DNA of 64,000 bases. Source: Bacillota bacterium (GTDB lineage Bacteria; Bacillota; Clostridia; Lutisporales; Lutisporaceae). The notes beneath the pieces are model-generated. The model saw nothing but the letters and a program-made list of their open reading frames with translations. It was not told the origin of the DNA and made no database searches. The DNA lies in assembly GCA_023230985.1 (NCBI GenBank), contig JALNWH010000001.1, positions 2,397 through 66,396 of the forward strand, given 5' to 3'. Made by a program: the position numbers and the translations under genes. Numbering within the stretch: the stretch's first letter is position 1; each line of letters opens with the position of its first letter. This document shows, piece after piece, positions 1-9,044 of this stretch.

Positions 1-777
1 ATAATCAGCCTTTTCTTTCACATTATCTGATGCATTTCCCATTGCTACACCCATTCCTGCATACTCTATCATACTTATATCATTTTCATTATCTCCTATG
101 GCTATAACCTCATTCTTATCAATATCATATAATTCACATAAAATTTTAATAGCATTACCTTTACTTACACCTTTATTCATCACTTCCATATTTCCTTTTA
201 AAGATTGGCTTACAGAAGACATCCCCATAGAATTCAGATTATCTCTAATATATCTTAAATAATTCTCATTGCTATCTACAACTACTGCCTTAACAATTTT
301 ATTACCTTCTTCTTTTACCGCATCTTCTAAGCTATTAACAACTTTAATATTTATTTTATCCTCTTCTTCCAAGATTTTATTCCATTTTGTATATCTTGAT
401 GAAACATTTATTATTTTTTCCGTAAATACTGTGTTATCAGAAAATAAGTGACAGAACAATCCTTTTTCTCTGCATAGTTCTATCATTTTTATAGCTACTT
501 TACTGGATAAAATGCTTTTAAAAATAGTCTTATTAGTACGACCTTCTCTAATAATTGCACCATTACTTGCTATTATAGGTGTTTCTATATTTAATAATCC
601 CGCATAAAACCTTGCAGAAACATAAATTCTTCCCGTAGCTACAACTAATAGAATGCCTTTTTCTTTAGCTTTTCGTAAAGCTTCTTTATTCCTTGGAGAA
701 ACACCTTTTTCCGCATTTAAAAGAGTATAATCCATATCCATCACAATCATTTTATATTTATTTTTGTTTATTTCCAC
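1..777 (-). CDS. Cof-type HAD-IIB family hydrolase. The N-terminus is present and the 3' end runs off the left edge of the window.
   Basis: It is absent from the ORF track because there is no stop in the window. My minus-strand translation gives VEINKNKYKMIVMDMDYTLL...VVATGR...GDNENDISMIEYAGMGVAMGNASDNVKEKADY, showing the HAD DxD motif and a late GDxxND motif. GGGAG lies 7 nt upstream of GTG at 777. An in-frame ATG at 750 is an alternative start. Confidence 0.8.
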   Translation of the reverse strand, partial: MEINKNKYKMIVMDMDYTLLNAEKGVSPRNKEALRKAKEKGILLVVATGRIYVSARFYAGLLNIETPIIASNGAIIREGRTNKTIFKSILSSKVAIKMIELCREKGLFCHLFSDNTVFTEKIINVSSRYTKWNKILEEEDKINIKVVNSLEDAVKEEGNKIVKAVVVDSNENYLRYIRDNLNSMGMSSVSQSLKGNMEVMNKGVSKGNAIKILCELYDIDKNEVIAIGDNENDISMIEYAGMGVAMGNASDNVKEKADY

Positions 778-926
778 TTTTAAACTCCCTTTCATACTAT
801 GTTTATTGGTAAAATGTTGCTTCTTAGGACTTATTATATCAAATCAATTGAAACATTGCATGCCGACTTATAAATAATAAAACCTCACTCAACTCACTAG
901 CCATACAGGTTAATGGTATTATGAGG

Positions 927-1598
927 TTAGCCTTTTGCAGCATCTCTTGATTTTCTCCACTGCTCCCTTGCAAGCTTTTCTATTCTTTTATTCTTGTTTT
1001 TCTCAGGGTGATTTATAACTCTGTTAAACCAATTAATTGCATCCTCATACTTACCCATCCTTCTACATAATTCACCTATAAGATAAATAACTGTTAGTTC
1101 TCCGATACCTTCATCATTAAAATTTTCTGTATCGTAAGCCTCTTTATAGTATTTTAAAGCCATCTCTAAAAAAGCTTTCTCGTTTTCATCCTTTTCGAAT
1201 CTATATAACCATGCAGTTTTTAATGACAAACCTGCAATAATACTATATCGTGCTTTTTTCAAATTCGCTGTAAAAAGAGCAATTTTAAAACTGTCCAGTG
1301 CATCTATATGATTTCTGATTCCGCCAAAATCACGTTCTACTTCTCTTCCTTTAAAAGCTTCTGCTAATATAAATTTTTCTCTTTCATCTATAGAATCAAA
1401 AGAATTGTTTGACGCTCCATAACCGCAATTAGGACAAATAAAAATTTCATAGTACAAAGGGTTATAATCTTCATAATGATTACAAAAGTCCTCATCTTTA
1501 CTTTTTATCTTTACAGCTTTAGTTTTTATCCTAGTTGATGAAAATTCAAATAAACAAACAGGACACTTTAATGTCTTCTTATAATATGCATCTTTCAT
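927..1598 (-). CDS. DUF2225-type protein with an N-terminal CxxC...CxxC zinc ribbon and a TPR-like C-terminal part
   Basis: The protein reads MKDAYYKKTLKCPVCLFEF...ICPNCGYG followed by a helical repeat region. GAGAGG lies 6 nt upstream of the ATG at 1598. The ORF-track start at 1625 would overlap the upstream gene. Confidence 0.75.
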   Translation of the reverse strand: MKDAYYKKTLKCPVCLFEFSSTRIKTKAVKIKSKDEDFCNHYEDYNPLYYEIFICPNCGYGASNNSFDSIDEREKFILAEAFKGREVERDFGGIRNHIDALDSFKIALFTANLKKARYSIIAGLSLKTAWLYRFEKDENEKAFLEMALKYYKEAYDTENFNDEGIGELTVIYLIGELCRRMGKYEDAINWFNRVINHPEKNKNKRIEKLAREQWRKSRDAAKG

Positions 1599-1614
1599 AT
1601 TTAACCTCTCATCA

Positions 1615-3006
1615 TTAGCTTGCAATGCTTTCTTCTAAACTCAAATCTTCTTCTTCAACATAATCTACATCTTTAGGCTTAGTACCTATTCTTTTTACCT
1701 CATCAGATACCCTGTAGGTATCTGTATATAATGGTTCCACAAACACTTCTTTACCGTTTTCTAGTATAACTCTATAACTTTTTACCACATACCCTGTTCT
1801 TGCATCTTTTTCGATTATCTCTGTCCCAGCAGGCAAAGTATCATCTTCAATAATTTTTATGTCCGGTTCAATCCTTCTAACAACACTAGTCCTAATTTCT
1901 ATACTTTTGTTAGGATTTTCATTTTTACCAAAAATACTAAAGGTAAGCCTATTTCCTTTAACCTCCCCGTATATATAAATAGGATATTTACTATTATTCT
2001 CAAATTTCATATCGATATAATCACCGGATAAGGTTGCATCTCTTCCTAGTGCTACATAATCTGATGGTATGGAATGATTCCGTCTTTCAACAATTTTTAA
2101 ATTTGATAATAAAGCAGCATTATACAAGGTAGTTGAAATTTGACATAAACCCCCGCCTATACCATCTACATACTCATTATTTATAATCACTTTTGCCATT
2201 TTATAGCCTTTTTCTTCAAGTTTAGAACCTATTATTTTATTTAATGAGAAAATCTCCCCCGGTTTAATAATTAAACCACTGACAGTTTTTGTTGCAAGAG
2301 AAATATTAAATGTTCTGCTGGTATTTGCTGCATTAAACTTTGTTGTATATTCCCCAAGCTTATCTTTTATATTCTCTAAATCGGTTCTTTTAACCTCCGG
2401 TTCTTTTACCTCTACCGGCAATTCTATATTTGAATTATCATTCTCCTCGATACTTCTTTTTACCATCTCTATTGCCTTATCTTTTTGCAATGTTAAACCT
2501 ACAATATCATCCGTTATAACAATTTTACCGGATTTTATTTCAATTGTTGCATCTACCGAATTTCTATTTACTTCGTCAGCTATATCATTGATGATATTTA
2601 TCAACTTTTCTTCATTATAAGAGAACTTTAAAATTATATTGTTTTCTACAAATCTAGCTGTTATAGAATCAATATAGCGATTTATTATATTACCTTTTCT
2701 ACCAATACTATAAGCTTCATCAACTGCTTCATTAAAATCATAAATCAAATCTATATCTGTATTCTTTAAATTCCATATCTTATTGTCGCACACTAAGGCT
2801 AACAAAGTCTCCTGTATTCTATAATTATAAGACTTTTCTAGTTTTTGCACAGCCTCTTCTTTTGTAAGATCACTTACTTCTATTTCGTTTATGCAAACAT
2901 TTGGCAATATTTTATCGGTAGATAAAAACATAATTGCTGATACAACAATCAATAGAATTAAAATTAATACTAAAATTAATAATACCCAATAAATCCCCTT
3001 TTTCAA
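1615..3006 (-). CDS. VanW/YoaR family protein: single-pass membrane anchor, PG-binding-like N-domain, VanW core and G5-like C-terminus
   Basis: It has an N-terminal TM helix (WVLLILVLILILLIVVSAIMFL), the VanW signature GGGLCQISTTLYNAALLSNL, and a C-terminal ...YTDTYRVSDEVKRIGTKP segment. Confidence 0.85.
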   Translation of the reverse strand: MKKGIYWVLLILVLILILLIVVSAIMFLSTDKILPNVCINEIEVSDLTKEEAVQKLEKSYNYRIQETLLALVCDNKIWNLKNTDIDLIYDFNEAVDEAYSIGRKGNIINRYIDSITARFVENNIILKFSYNEEKLINIINDIADEVNRNSVDATIEIKSGKIVITDDIVGLTLQKDKAIEMVKRSIEENDNSNIELPVEVKEPEVKRTDLENIKDKLGEYTTKFNAANTSRTFNISLATKTVSGLIIKPGEIFSLNKIIGSKLEEKGYKMAKVIINNEYVDGIGGGLCQISTTLYNAALLSNLKIVERRNHSIPSDYVALGRDATLSGDYIDMKFENNSKYPIYIYGEVKGNRLTFSIFGKNENPNKSIEIRTSVVRRIEPDIKIIEDDTLPAGTEIIEKDARTGYVVKSYRVILENGKEVFVEPLYTDTYRVSDEVKRIGTKPKDVDYVEEEDLSLEESIAS

Positions 3007-3058
3007 ATTATAGCCTCCCCTTTAAAAGTAAACCGATAATTGCTATTATTATGTATAT

Positions 3059-5032
3059 TCATTCCCATCTTAATTCTATTCTATCTCCATCATCAATAAC
3101 ATCAGCATAATTAGCCGGCAAACCATTTATCTTTAATACTATTCTTCCTTTTTTATTCTTAGTATCTATATCTATATAATTAAAAATATCAACAAAAATA
3201 TAATCTTTTTTATCGGACATTTCTATTTGTATATCATTCACCCATATTATAATTCTCTTTTTATCAGAATCAAATTCTTTTTTTTCAAATTCACTGTCTT
3301 CAAAAATGCTTTTTATTTCTATTATGTCTCCTTCATAAATTCTATCACTCATATTAACTACTCTATTATTTATTTTAATCTCCATATTCCTATTTAAAAT
3401 AGATAAATAGTCTAATATTTGGGCTATCGTCTCAGGAAATTTATATTCTACATTATCTCCTTCATTTATATAATAAGTATCATTCACTCTATTTCCATTA
3501 GCAAAAATAAAAGGCTCAATTATCTCCTTTACATCATCAATTTTAATACTTATACAAGGTAATTCACTTTTTAATTCTTTTACAGATAAAATTGCATCTG
3601 AACCGTCTTTGGCAGGTTCAATTTTTATAATATCACCATTATTTATAAAAGTCTCCAAGTTACCCGGTTCATCATTTACATAAATAATAGAGGCTTCCCC
3701 GGGTTCACCTTTTAAAACTCTGTTTTTACCATTAAGTGTATATCCTAATTCTGACCCCCTTCTTCCAATTAAGTTTTTAGGGTTGTAAGCTATAAAAATT
3801 AAAGCATCGGCAACTGTAATTCTTTTTGCATTAAGAAGTTTTATAACTTTTTTATTAACGGTAACTGAAAGAAAATCTCTTTCTTTTACAATATTTGCTG
3901 AAACTGCTATACCCATCGGTGTTATATATTCAGGCCCATTCATTTTCATATTATCAAATTCAACATTTTTTATTATATCGGTTTTTCTTACTCCTACTCT
4001 TTCCTCAGGTATCTCTAAATATTCAGCAATGTATTCGGAGAGAAAAGGAATGCGGCTTCCACCACCAATTAGAAAAACAGCGCTGGGCGATTTCCCATTG
4101 TATTTAAGAATTTCTAAAGAAATCTCTTTTGCAAGCTTTTTTATTATATTTTCCGTGTTAGCTAATACTTCTTCAGCATCAATATGATGCTTATTACCCA
4201 TAATATCTTCATAATCAATAAGAGTGTTATTAGAAAGGTTTCTTTTTACTTCTTCTGCCATATTGAAATCAAGCAAATACTCTTGAGATATTATCTCCGT
4301 AATTTCATCGCCTGCTATTGGAACCATCGCAAAAGCGAAAACTGTGCCATCTTTTGTTAATGCTATATCCGATGTCCCGGCCCCTATATCTACTAAAGCT
4401 ATATTTAAAAGTTTATAACTATCCTGTATTGAAATATTTAATGCTGCAATAGGCTCTAAAGTCATGCTCTCTACAGTTAAACCGCTCATATTAATAACAA
4501 AATATAAGCTGTCTACCACCACTTTCGGTAAAAATGTTGCGATAATCTCTACACCTATACTGTTACCTCTATGACCTTCAAGCTTTGTAATAAAAGCTCC
4601 GTTCAAAAAATAATTAGCAACTGCATAACCTGCACAGTAATATTCTGCCGCATCACTATTGTTTCCCAACTCTTTTTGGGCTTTTTGAACAGCCTCTATT
4701 TCCATACTCTTTATAATATCCTTATCTACATAAACTAGATTATCCAACTCTCTTTCAACTTTAAGTCTCATTGTTTTAAGACTTCTTCCTGCTGCAGCTA
4801 TTGATACCTTTTCTAATCTTATATGCAACCTTTTTTCAAGCTTATCCTTTACTTCTAATACTGCTTTTATTACTGATTCTATATCATGTATCTGACCATC
4901 AAACATTGTCCTTTTTTTATGCTCAGCCATTTCAAAATCTATTACTTTAAATATCTTATCGTCAAAAGTTCCTACAATGCCTACGATTGTTCTTGTACCA
5001 ATATCCAAAGAAAAACATAATTCTTTATCCAT
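3059..5032 (-). CDS. Long FtsA-like actin-fold (ASKHA) ATPase with a C-terminal extension of about 270 aa made of repeated modules
   Basis: The ASKHA motifs DIGTRTIVG, VDIGAGTSDIAL and LIGGGSRIP are present. The protein is about 655 aa, against about 420-440 aa for canonical FtsA. GGGTGA lies 7 nt upstream of the ATG at 5032; the track start at 5035 is a GTG. Confidence 0.7.
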   Translation of the reverse strand: MDKELCFSLDIGTRTIVGIVGTFDDKIFKVIDFEMAEHKKRTMFDGQIHDIESVIKAVLEVKDKLEKRLHIRLEKVSIAAAGRSLKTMRLKVERELDNLVYVDKDIIKSMEIEAVQKAQKELGNNSDAAEYYCAGYAVANYFLNGAFITKLEGHRGNSIGVEIIATFLPKVVVDSLYFVINMSGLTVESMTLEPIAALNISIQDSYKLLNIALVDIGAGTSDIALTKDGTVFAFAMVPIAGDEITEIISQEYLLDFNMAEEVKRNLSNNTLIDYEDIMGNKHHIDAEEVLANTENIIKKLAKEISLEILKYNGKSPSAVFLIGGGSRIPFLSEYIAEYLEIPEERVGVRKTDIIKNVEFDNMKMNGPEYITPMGIAVSANIVKERDFLSVTVNKKVIKLLNAKRITVADALIFIAYNPKNLIGRRGSELGYTLNGKNRVLKGEPGEASIIYVNDEPGNLETFINNGDIIKIEPAKDGSDAILSVKELKSELPCISIKIDDVKEIIEPFIFANGNRVNDTYYINEGDNVEYKFPETIAQILDYLSILNRNMEIKINNRVVNMSDRIYEGDIIEIKSIFEDSEFEKKEFDSDKKRIIIWVNDIQIEMSDKKDYIFVDIFNYIDIDTKNKKGRIVLKINGLPANYADVIDDGDRIELRWE

Positions 5033-5117
5033 CACAAAATCACCCTACATTCTTTTTTACCTGCAATAAGATTACATATTCTATAATAATATAACATAAT
5101 CCTTCCGATTTTATAAT

Positions 5118-5147
5118 ATTATAAAATCCATTAGTTGCACAAAGCAA
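5118..5147 (-). promoter_or_regulatory. Candidate sigma-A type promoter for the FtsA-like/VanW/DUF2225 operon
   Basis: The minus strand reads TTGCTT, an 18-nt spacer, then TATAAT, about 85 nt upstream of the start codon. Confidence 0.3.
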
Positions 5148-5237
5148 AATATTCTACAATTTTCATGTTTTATTTAAGCAAAAAATACAAAAGATAATTC
5201 AAAGATAAATATATCCCGAAAGGCTGTGAATAATATA

Positions 5238-5405
5238 ATGAATAGTAGAAACAAACTTATGAAGGTTGGAATGGGTGCAGTTGGCGGTTTAATACTCTTA
5301 CCTATGCTAAATAGCAAGTTTAGAAAAATGATCGGTCGTGCAGGAAGGGACGCATTTTTTCAGTTATCAGATTATCTTCAAGATATCGCAGAAATAAAAA
5401 AATGA
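5238..5405 (+). CDS. Hypothetical 55-aa protein with a glycine-rich hydrophobic N-terminus
   Basis: This ORF falls below the track cutoff. It reads MNSRNKLMKVGMGAVGGLILLPMLNSKFRKMIGRAGRDAFFQLSDYLQDIAEIKK. The stop sits directly before a strong hairpin. The SD is weak (GAAAGG about 15 nt upstream). Confidence 0.3.
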   Translation: MNSRNKLMKVGMGAVGGLILLPMLNSKFRKMIGRAGRDAFFQLSDYLQDIAEIKK

Positions 5406-5406
5406 T

Positions 5407-5430
5407 AATCAGGCCGTAAACGGCCTGATT
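5407..5430 (-). terminator. Rho-independent terminator downstream of the GNAT gene
   Basis: A perfect 10-bp stem AATCAGGCCG/CGGCCTGATT closes a TAAA loop. On the minus strand it is followed by ATCATTTTTTTA. Confidence 0.7.
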
Positions 5431-5441
5431 ATATAAAAGCA

Positions 5442-6359
5442 TTAACTACCTTTCGCATTGCTGATAAAATCGCTTTTTAATATACCCATAATTATCTCAT
5501 CATAAAATTCTCCATCTATAAAAGCTGATTTTCTAGTCCTTCCTTCATGCTCAAAGCCACATTTTAAATAACAGTTTGAAGCTCTTTCATTATACTCATA
5601 GTATTTAAGCGAAACTCTATAAATATCTAAATTATAAAAAGCATATCTTAAAATAGTATTTATTGCATCCTCTCCGTAACCTTTGCCCCAATAGTCTTTA
5701 TCACCGATTCTTATACCAAGCTTGCAACTTTGATTTAATTCGTCAAAACTATATAGCTGTATAGTACCGATAGGTTTGCCGCCTTTTGTATCTATCATCA
5801 AATTCATAGGATCATATCCAAAGCTCTTTTTAAGGCTTTGTTTTAGTGAATATATGCTCATTTTTCCTTCTATCCAACCGGCGAGCTTATTCAATTCTTT
5901 ATCGTTATACCAATTAATCAAATAAAAAATATCTTTTTCTCTGCCCGGTCTAAGTATTATCTTATCACCAATAAGAAATTCTTTCTCATTTTTCTCTTTT
6001 CTTATTGATACTGAACTTAAAAAGCTGGGTAAAAATTTTAATAACTTATAGGGTTTGTTTAAATATTTGTCTTTATTGACTAATATGTCATCCATTAAAG
6101 ATTTTTGTATATTAAAACTAACATCTACATCTTCATCTATACCTTCTTTGATTACATTACCTTTACTGCTTGTATAAATAGTGTAATTGCATATTGTTTT
6201 TTTGTTTTCTATTACTGATAAAGCAAAATTGCCGGAGCTATGCAAAATAACATTAAAAACTATTACTTTTAATGCAGGGTACTTTTTAAAAAATACACTA
6301 TATAATTGTGAAGCTGTATCCGCAAAAATCTGAACATTGTTAAATTGTAAAACACCCAT
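5442..6359 (-). CDS. GNAT family N-acetyltransferase (RimJ/RimL-like C-terminal half) with an unassigned N-terminal domain of about 125 aa
   Basis: The C-terminal part ...IILRPGREKDIFYLINWYND...GIRIGDKDYWGKGYGEDAINTILRYAF...YNERASNCYLKCGFEHEG is typical of the GNAT fold. I do not recognise the first ~125 aa. Confidence 0.75.
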   Translation of the reverse strand: MGVLQFNNVQIFADTASQLYSVFFKKYPALKVIVFNVILHSSGNFALSVIENKKTICNYTIYTSSKGNVIKEGIDEDVDVSFNIQKSLMDDILVNKDKYLNKPYKLLKFLPSFLSSVSIRKEKNEKEFLIGDKIILRPGREKDIFYLINWYNDKELNKLAGWIEGKMSIYSLKQSLKKSFGYDPMNLMIDTKGGKPIGTIQLYSFDELNQSCKLGIRIGDKDYWGKGYGEDAINTILRYAFYNLDIYRVSLKYYEYNERASNCYLKCGFEHEGRTRKSAFIDGEFYDEIIMGILKSDFISNAKGS

Positions 6360-6576
6360 AATTACATTCTCCCGCTATTATATAAGGATTTTATCACGAA
6401 TTTAGAAAAAAATTATAACCTACAATACTTGCGCATATTCTTGTAAACAAAAAATATCACAGATACATTGATTTAACCGGATTTTATAGTATTTGGACCT
6501 GTGAGGATATTATATCATAATTTGTGACTATAAGCTTATATTTTCTATAACAATTATATGTAAATAAAAGCTCTTT

Positions 6577-6690
6577 GTTGCTGTTCACACCTTAACTATT
6601 TATGATAAGCTCTTATTATATTTTGCTATTGTATCTGAATGCATCATGTTATACTTATTTAAGATTAAAAATTTCGAAAATAAAGGTGTA
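6577..6690. repeat. Degenerate copy of the ~120-bp MITE-like repeat family (see 21265-21386 and 49140-49259)
   Basis: It starts GTTGCTGTTCACACCTTAACTATTTATGATAAGCTCTTATTATATTTTGCT, which aligns with the left ~50 nt of the two full-length copies. Similarity is weaker further on, and I found no right inverted repeat. Confidence 0.5.
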
Positions 6691-6692
6691 TT

Positions 6693-7280
6693 ATGTTTCA
6701 AAAAGAAAATATTACTACAATAACTAATGCTATTAACACGATTTTGGAAAAAAATAAAGTTTTAATTGTTGCAATAGAAGGCAACTGTGGCAGTGGTAAA
6801 AGTACTTTGGCTAATTTGTTGGGGAAATTCTATAATTGTAATATCTTCCATATGGATAATTTTTTTCTTTCCCCTGAACAAAAAACAAAAAAAAGACTTC
6901 AAGAAATCGGTGGAAACATCGATTATATTAGGTTTAAGAATGAAATTATAGATAACTTAATAAAGAACACCGGTTTCAAGTACCGAATATACGATTGTTC
7001 TATTAAAAAACTTACTGATTATATCTATGTTAATCCAAAAAAACTCAATATAATAGAAGGAGTATATTCTATGCATCCAACCTTGGAAAAATTTTATGAT
7101 ATGAGAATTTTTTTACATGTTGATGCAAAAATACAAAAACAAAGAATTCTAAAACGAAATGGGGAACAAATGGCGAAAAGATTCTTAGAAGAATGGATAC
7201 CCATGGAAAATAAATATTTTTTAAATCTAAATATAAAAAGCAAATGTGACATAGTAATTGATACTTCACATAAAAAATAA
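6693..7280 (+). CDS. P-loop nucleoside/nucleotide kinase, uridine-kinase-family-like
   Basis: It has the Walker A motif IEGNCGSGKSTLANLL, then IIEGVYSMHP and a KQRILKRNG region. Confidence 0.6.
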   Translation: MFQKENITTITNAINTILEKNKVLIVAIEGNCGSGKSTLANLLGKFYNCNIFHMDNFFLSPEQKTKKRLQEIGGNIDYIRFKNEIIDNLIKNTGFKYRIYDCSIKKLTDYIYVNPKKLNIIEGVYSMHPTLEKFYDMRIFLHVDAKIQKQRILKRNGEQMAKRFLEEWIPMENKYFLNLNIKSKCDIVIDTSHKK

Positions 7281-7296
7281 AAATTATGTTAATAAT

Positions 7297-7317
7297 AAAA
7301 GGGGATTATCCCCTTTT
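7297..7317. terminator. Bidirectional rho-independent terminator shared by the kinase gene (+) and asnS (-)
   Basis: A 9-bp stem AAAAGGGGA/TCCCCTTTT closes a TTA loop, with an A-tract on one side and a T-tract on the other. Confidence 0.75.
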
Positions 7318-7325
7318 ATTGGTTC

Positions 7326-8717
7326 TTAAAATTCTGCATTGCCAACAGTTCTTGGGAAAGGTATAACATCTCTGATATTACTCATTCCGGTAAGGTACAT
7401 AATCATTCTCTCAAAACCCAAGCCAAACCCGGCATGTTTAGTACCGCCATATTTACGTAACTCCAAATACCACCAATAATCTTCTTTATTAAGTCCCATT
7501 TCGCCAATTCTTCTTTCTAACACATCGTAACGTTCTTCCCTTTGGCTTCCGCCAATTATCTCTCCCACTCCGGGTACCAAAAGATCCATAGCCGCAACTG
7601 TCTTATTATCATCATTAAGCCTCATATAAAAAGCTTTAATTTCTTTTGGATAATCTATTACAAAAACAGGCTTTTCAAATATATTTTCGGTTATATACCT
7701 TTCATGCTCCGTCTGTAAATCTATTCCCCACTCAACAGGGTATTCAAACTCCTTTCCGGATTTTTTTAACATATCTATAGCTTCCGTATAAGTGACTTTA
7801 CCAAAATCTGAATTTACTATATTATTCAACCTTTCTAATAAAGTGCTATCCATAAATTTATTAAAAAACTCCATTTCCAAAGGAGCATTTTCTAAAATAT
7901 AATTAATAACATATTTAAGCATGTCCTCTGCCAGAGCCATATTATCATTTAGATCTGCAAAGGCAACTTCCGGCTCAATCATCCAAAACTCTGCAGCATG
8001 CCTGGCTGTATTGGAATTCTCTGCTCTAAAGGTAGGCCCGAAAGTATAAGTATCTCTAAATGCTAAGGCAAAGCTTTCCGCCTCAAGCTGACCGCTTACA
8101 GTGAGATTGGTTTCTTTACCGAAAAAATCTTCTTTTACATCTACATTTCCTTCATCATCTTTCGGAATGTTGGATAAATCCAAGGTAGTAACTCTAAACA
8201 TTTCCCCTGCACCCTCGGCATCACTACCGGTTATAATTGGTGTATGGACATATATAAAACCTCTCTCGTTAAAGAATTTATGCAATGCAAATGCTGCCAA
8301 GGATCTTAATCTAAAAACAGCAGAAAAAGTATTGCTTCTCGGCCTTAGATGGGCTATGCTCCTAAGATACTCAAGAGAATGCCTCTTTTTTTGTAAAGGA
8401 TAATCAGGTGTTGAATTACCTTCGATAAAAATCTTTTCAGCCTTTATTTCAAAGGGCTGCTTCGCTTCCGGGGTCAATTCTAATTTTCCTTCAACATAAA
8501 TTGCCGAACTGATATTTAGTTTAGATATTTCTTTAAAATTCTCAAGTTCTTCACTAAAAACTACTTGCACATTTTTAAAATAACTCCCGTCATTGATCTC
8601 AATAAAACCAAATTTTTTTGAAGCCCTTAATGTCCTTACCCAACCTGCCACAACAATCGAATCATCAGTATAATTTTGAGTATTTTTGTACAAGCTTTTA
8701 ACATAAACTGTTTTCAT
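7326..8717 (-). CDS. asnS: Asparagine--tRNA ligase
   Basis: This is a 463-aa class IIb aaRS with an N-terminal OB fold. It shows ...[21 protein letters not shown]... and GGSQREER...GFGLGFERM motifs. A T-box leader with an AAC specifier precedes it. Confidence 0.95.
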   Translation of the reverse strand: MKTVYVKSLYKNTQNYTDDSIVVAGWVRTLRASKKFGFIEINDGSYFKNVQVVFSEELENFKEISKLNISSAIYVEGKLELTPEAKQPFEIKAEKIFIEGNSTPDYPLQKKRHSLEYLRSIAHLRPRSNTFSAVFRLRSLAAFALHKFFNERGFIYVHTPIITGSDAEGAGEMFRVTTLDLSNIPKDDEGNVDVKEDFFGKETNLTVSGQLEAESFALAFRDTYTFGPTFRAENSNTARHAAEFWMIEPEVAFADLNDNMALAEDMLKYVINYILENAPLEMEFFNKFMDSTLLERLNNIVNSDFGKVTYTEAIDMLKKSGKEFEYPVEWGIDLQTEHERYITENIFEKPVFVIDYPKEIKAFYMRLNDDNKTVAAMDLLVPGVGEIIGGSQREERYDVLERRIGEMGLNKEDYWWYLELRKYGGTKHAGFGLGFERMIMYLTGMSNIRDVIPFPRTVGNAEF

Positions 8718-8749
8718 ATTTTTAATCCTCCAAATTTTATTTCATTTTC

Positions 8750-9010
8750 AAAAAAATAAATAACTTTCGTTCCTTTTTAAAGGGACGAAAGTCAATATTC
8801 CGCGGTGCCACCCTGTTTGCCTTAATGGCCATCTTAACTCTTTAACGGAGAGAACACCGTCCGAGCCTACTTTTAAAAAATTTCGGTCGAAAACTCCGGG
8901 ATGTTCTTCGATACGAACTTGCACCGTGCTTCCACCTAATGCCGGCTCTCTAAAAGCATAATCCGTATTTACTCTTCCCTTCACTGTTTGTAGCGTTAAA
9001 CTGCTATTAC
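8750..9010 (-). promoter_or_regulatory. T-box riboswitch leader (Asn specifier) with intrinsic terminator
   Basis: The minus strand carries the stem I motifs AGTGAAGGGAAGAGTA and AGAGAG. The specifier loop reads GAAG-AAC-A (AAC at 8903-8905). The T-box sequence is AACAGGGTGGCACCGCGG (8800-8813 region). The terminator ACTTTCGTCCCT/GGAACGAAAGT is followed by a U-tract. Confidence 0.9.
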
Positions 9011-9015
9011 CCAAC

Positions 9016-9044
9016 ATTATAGTATTCGGCTATATAATTGTCAA
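9016..9044 (-). promoter_or_regulatory. Consensus sigma-A promoter driving the asnS T-box leader
   Basis: The minus strand reads TTGACA (9044-9039), a 17-nt spacer, then TATAAT (9021-9016). It sits immediately after the MATE stop codon. Confidence 0.7.

Noticed and set aside
6581-6597. The conserved core TGTTCA-N4-TTAAC(T) of the repeat family resembles a Rex-type operator (TTGTTAA-N4-TTAACAA).
   Set aside because: The match is imperfect, with a mismatch in each half-site. The downstream genes are not typical Rex targets. The motif is better explained as the terminal inverted repeat of a bounded element with flanking duplications.
8748-9017. An 89-aa minus-strand ORF in the supplied track, upstream of asnS.
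   Set aside because: It coincides exactly with the asnS T-box leader, including stem I, the AAC specifier, the T-box sequence and the terminator. It has no SD, and its 'protein' is just the translated riboswitch.
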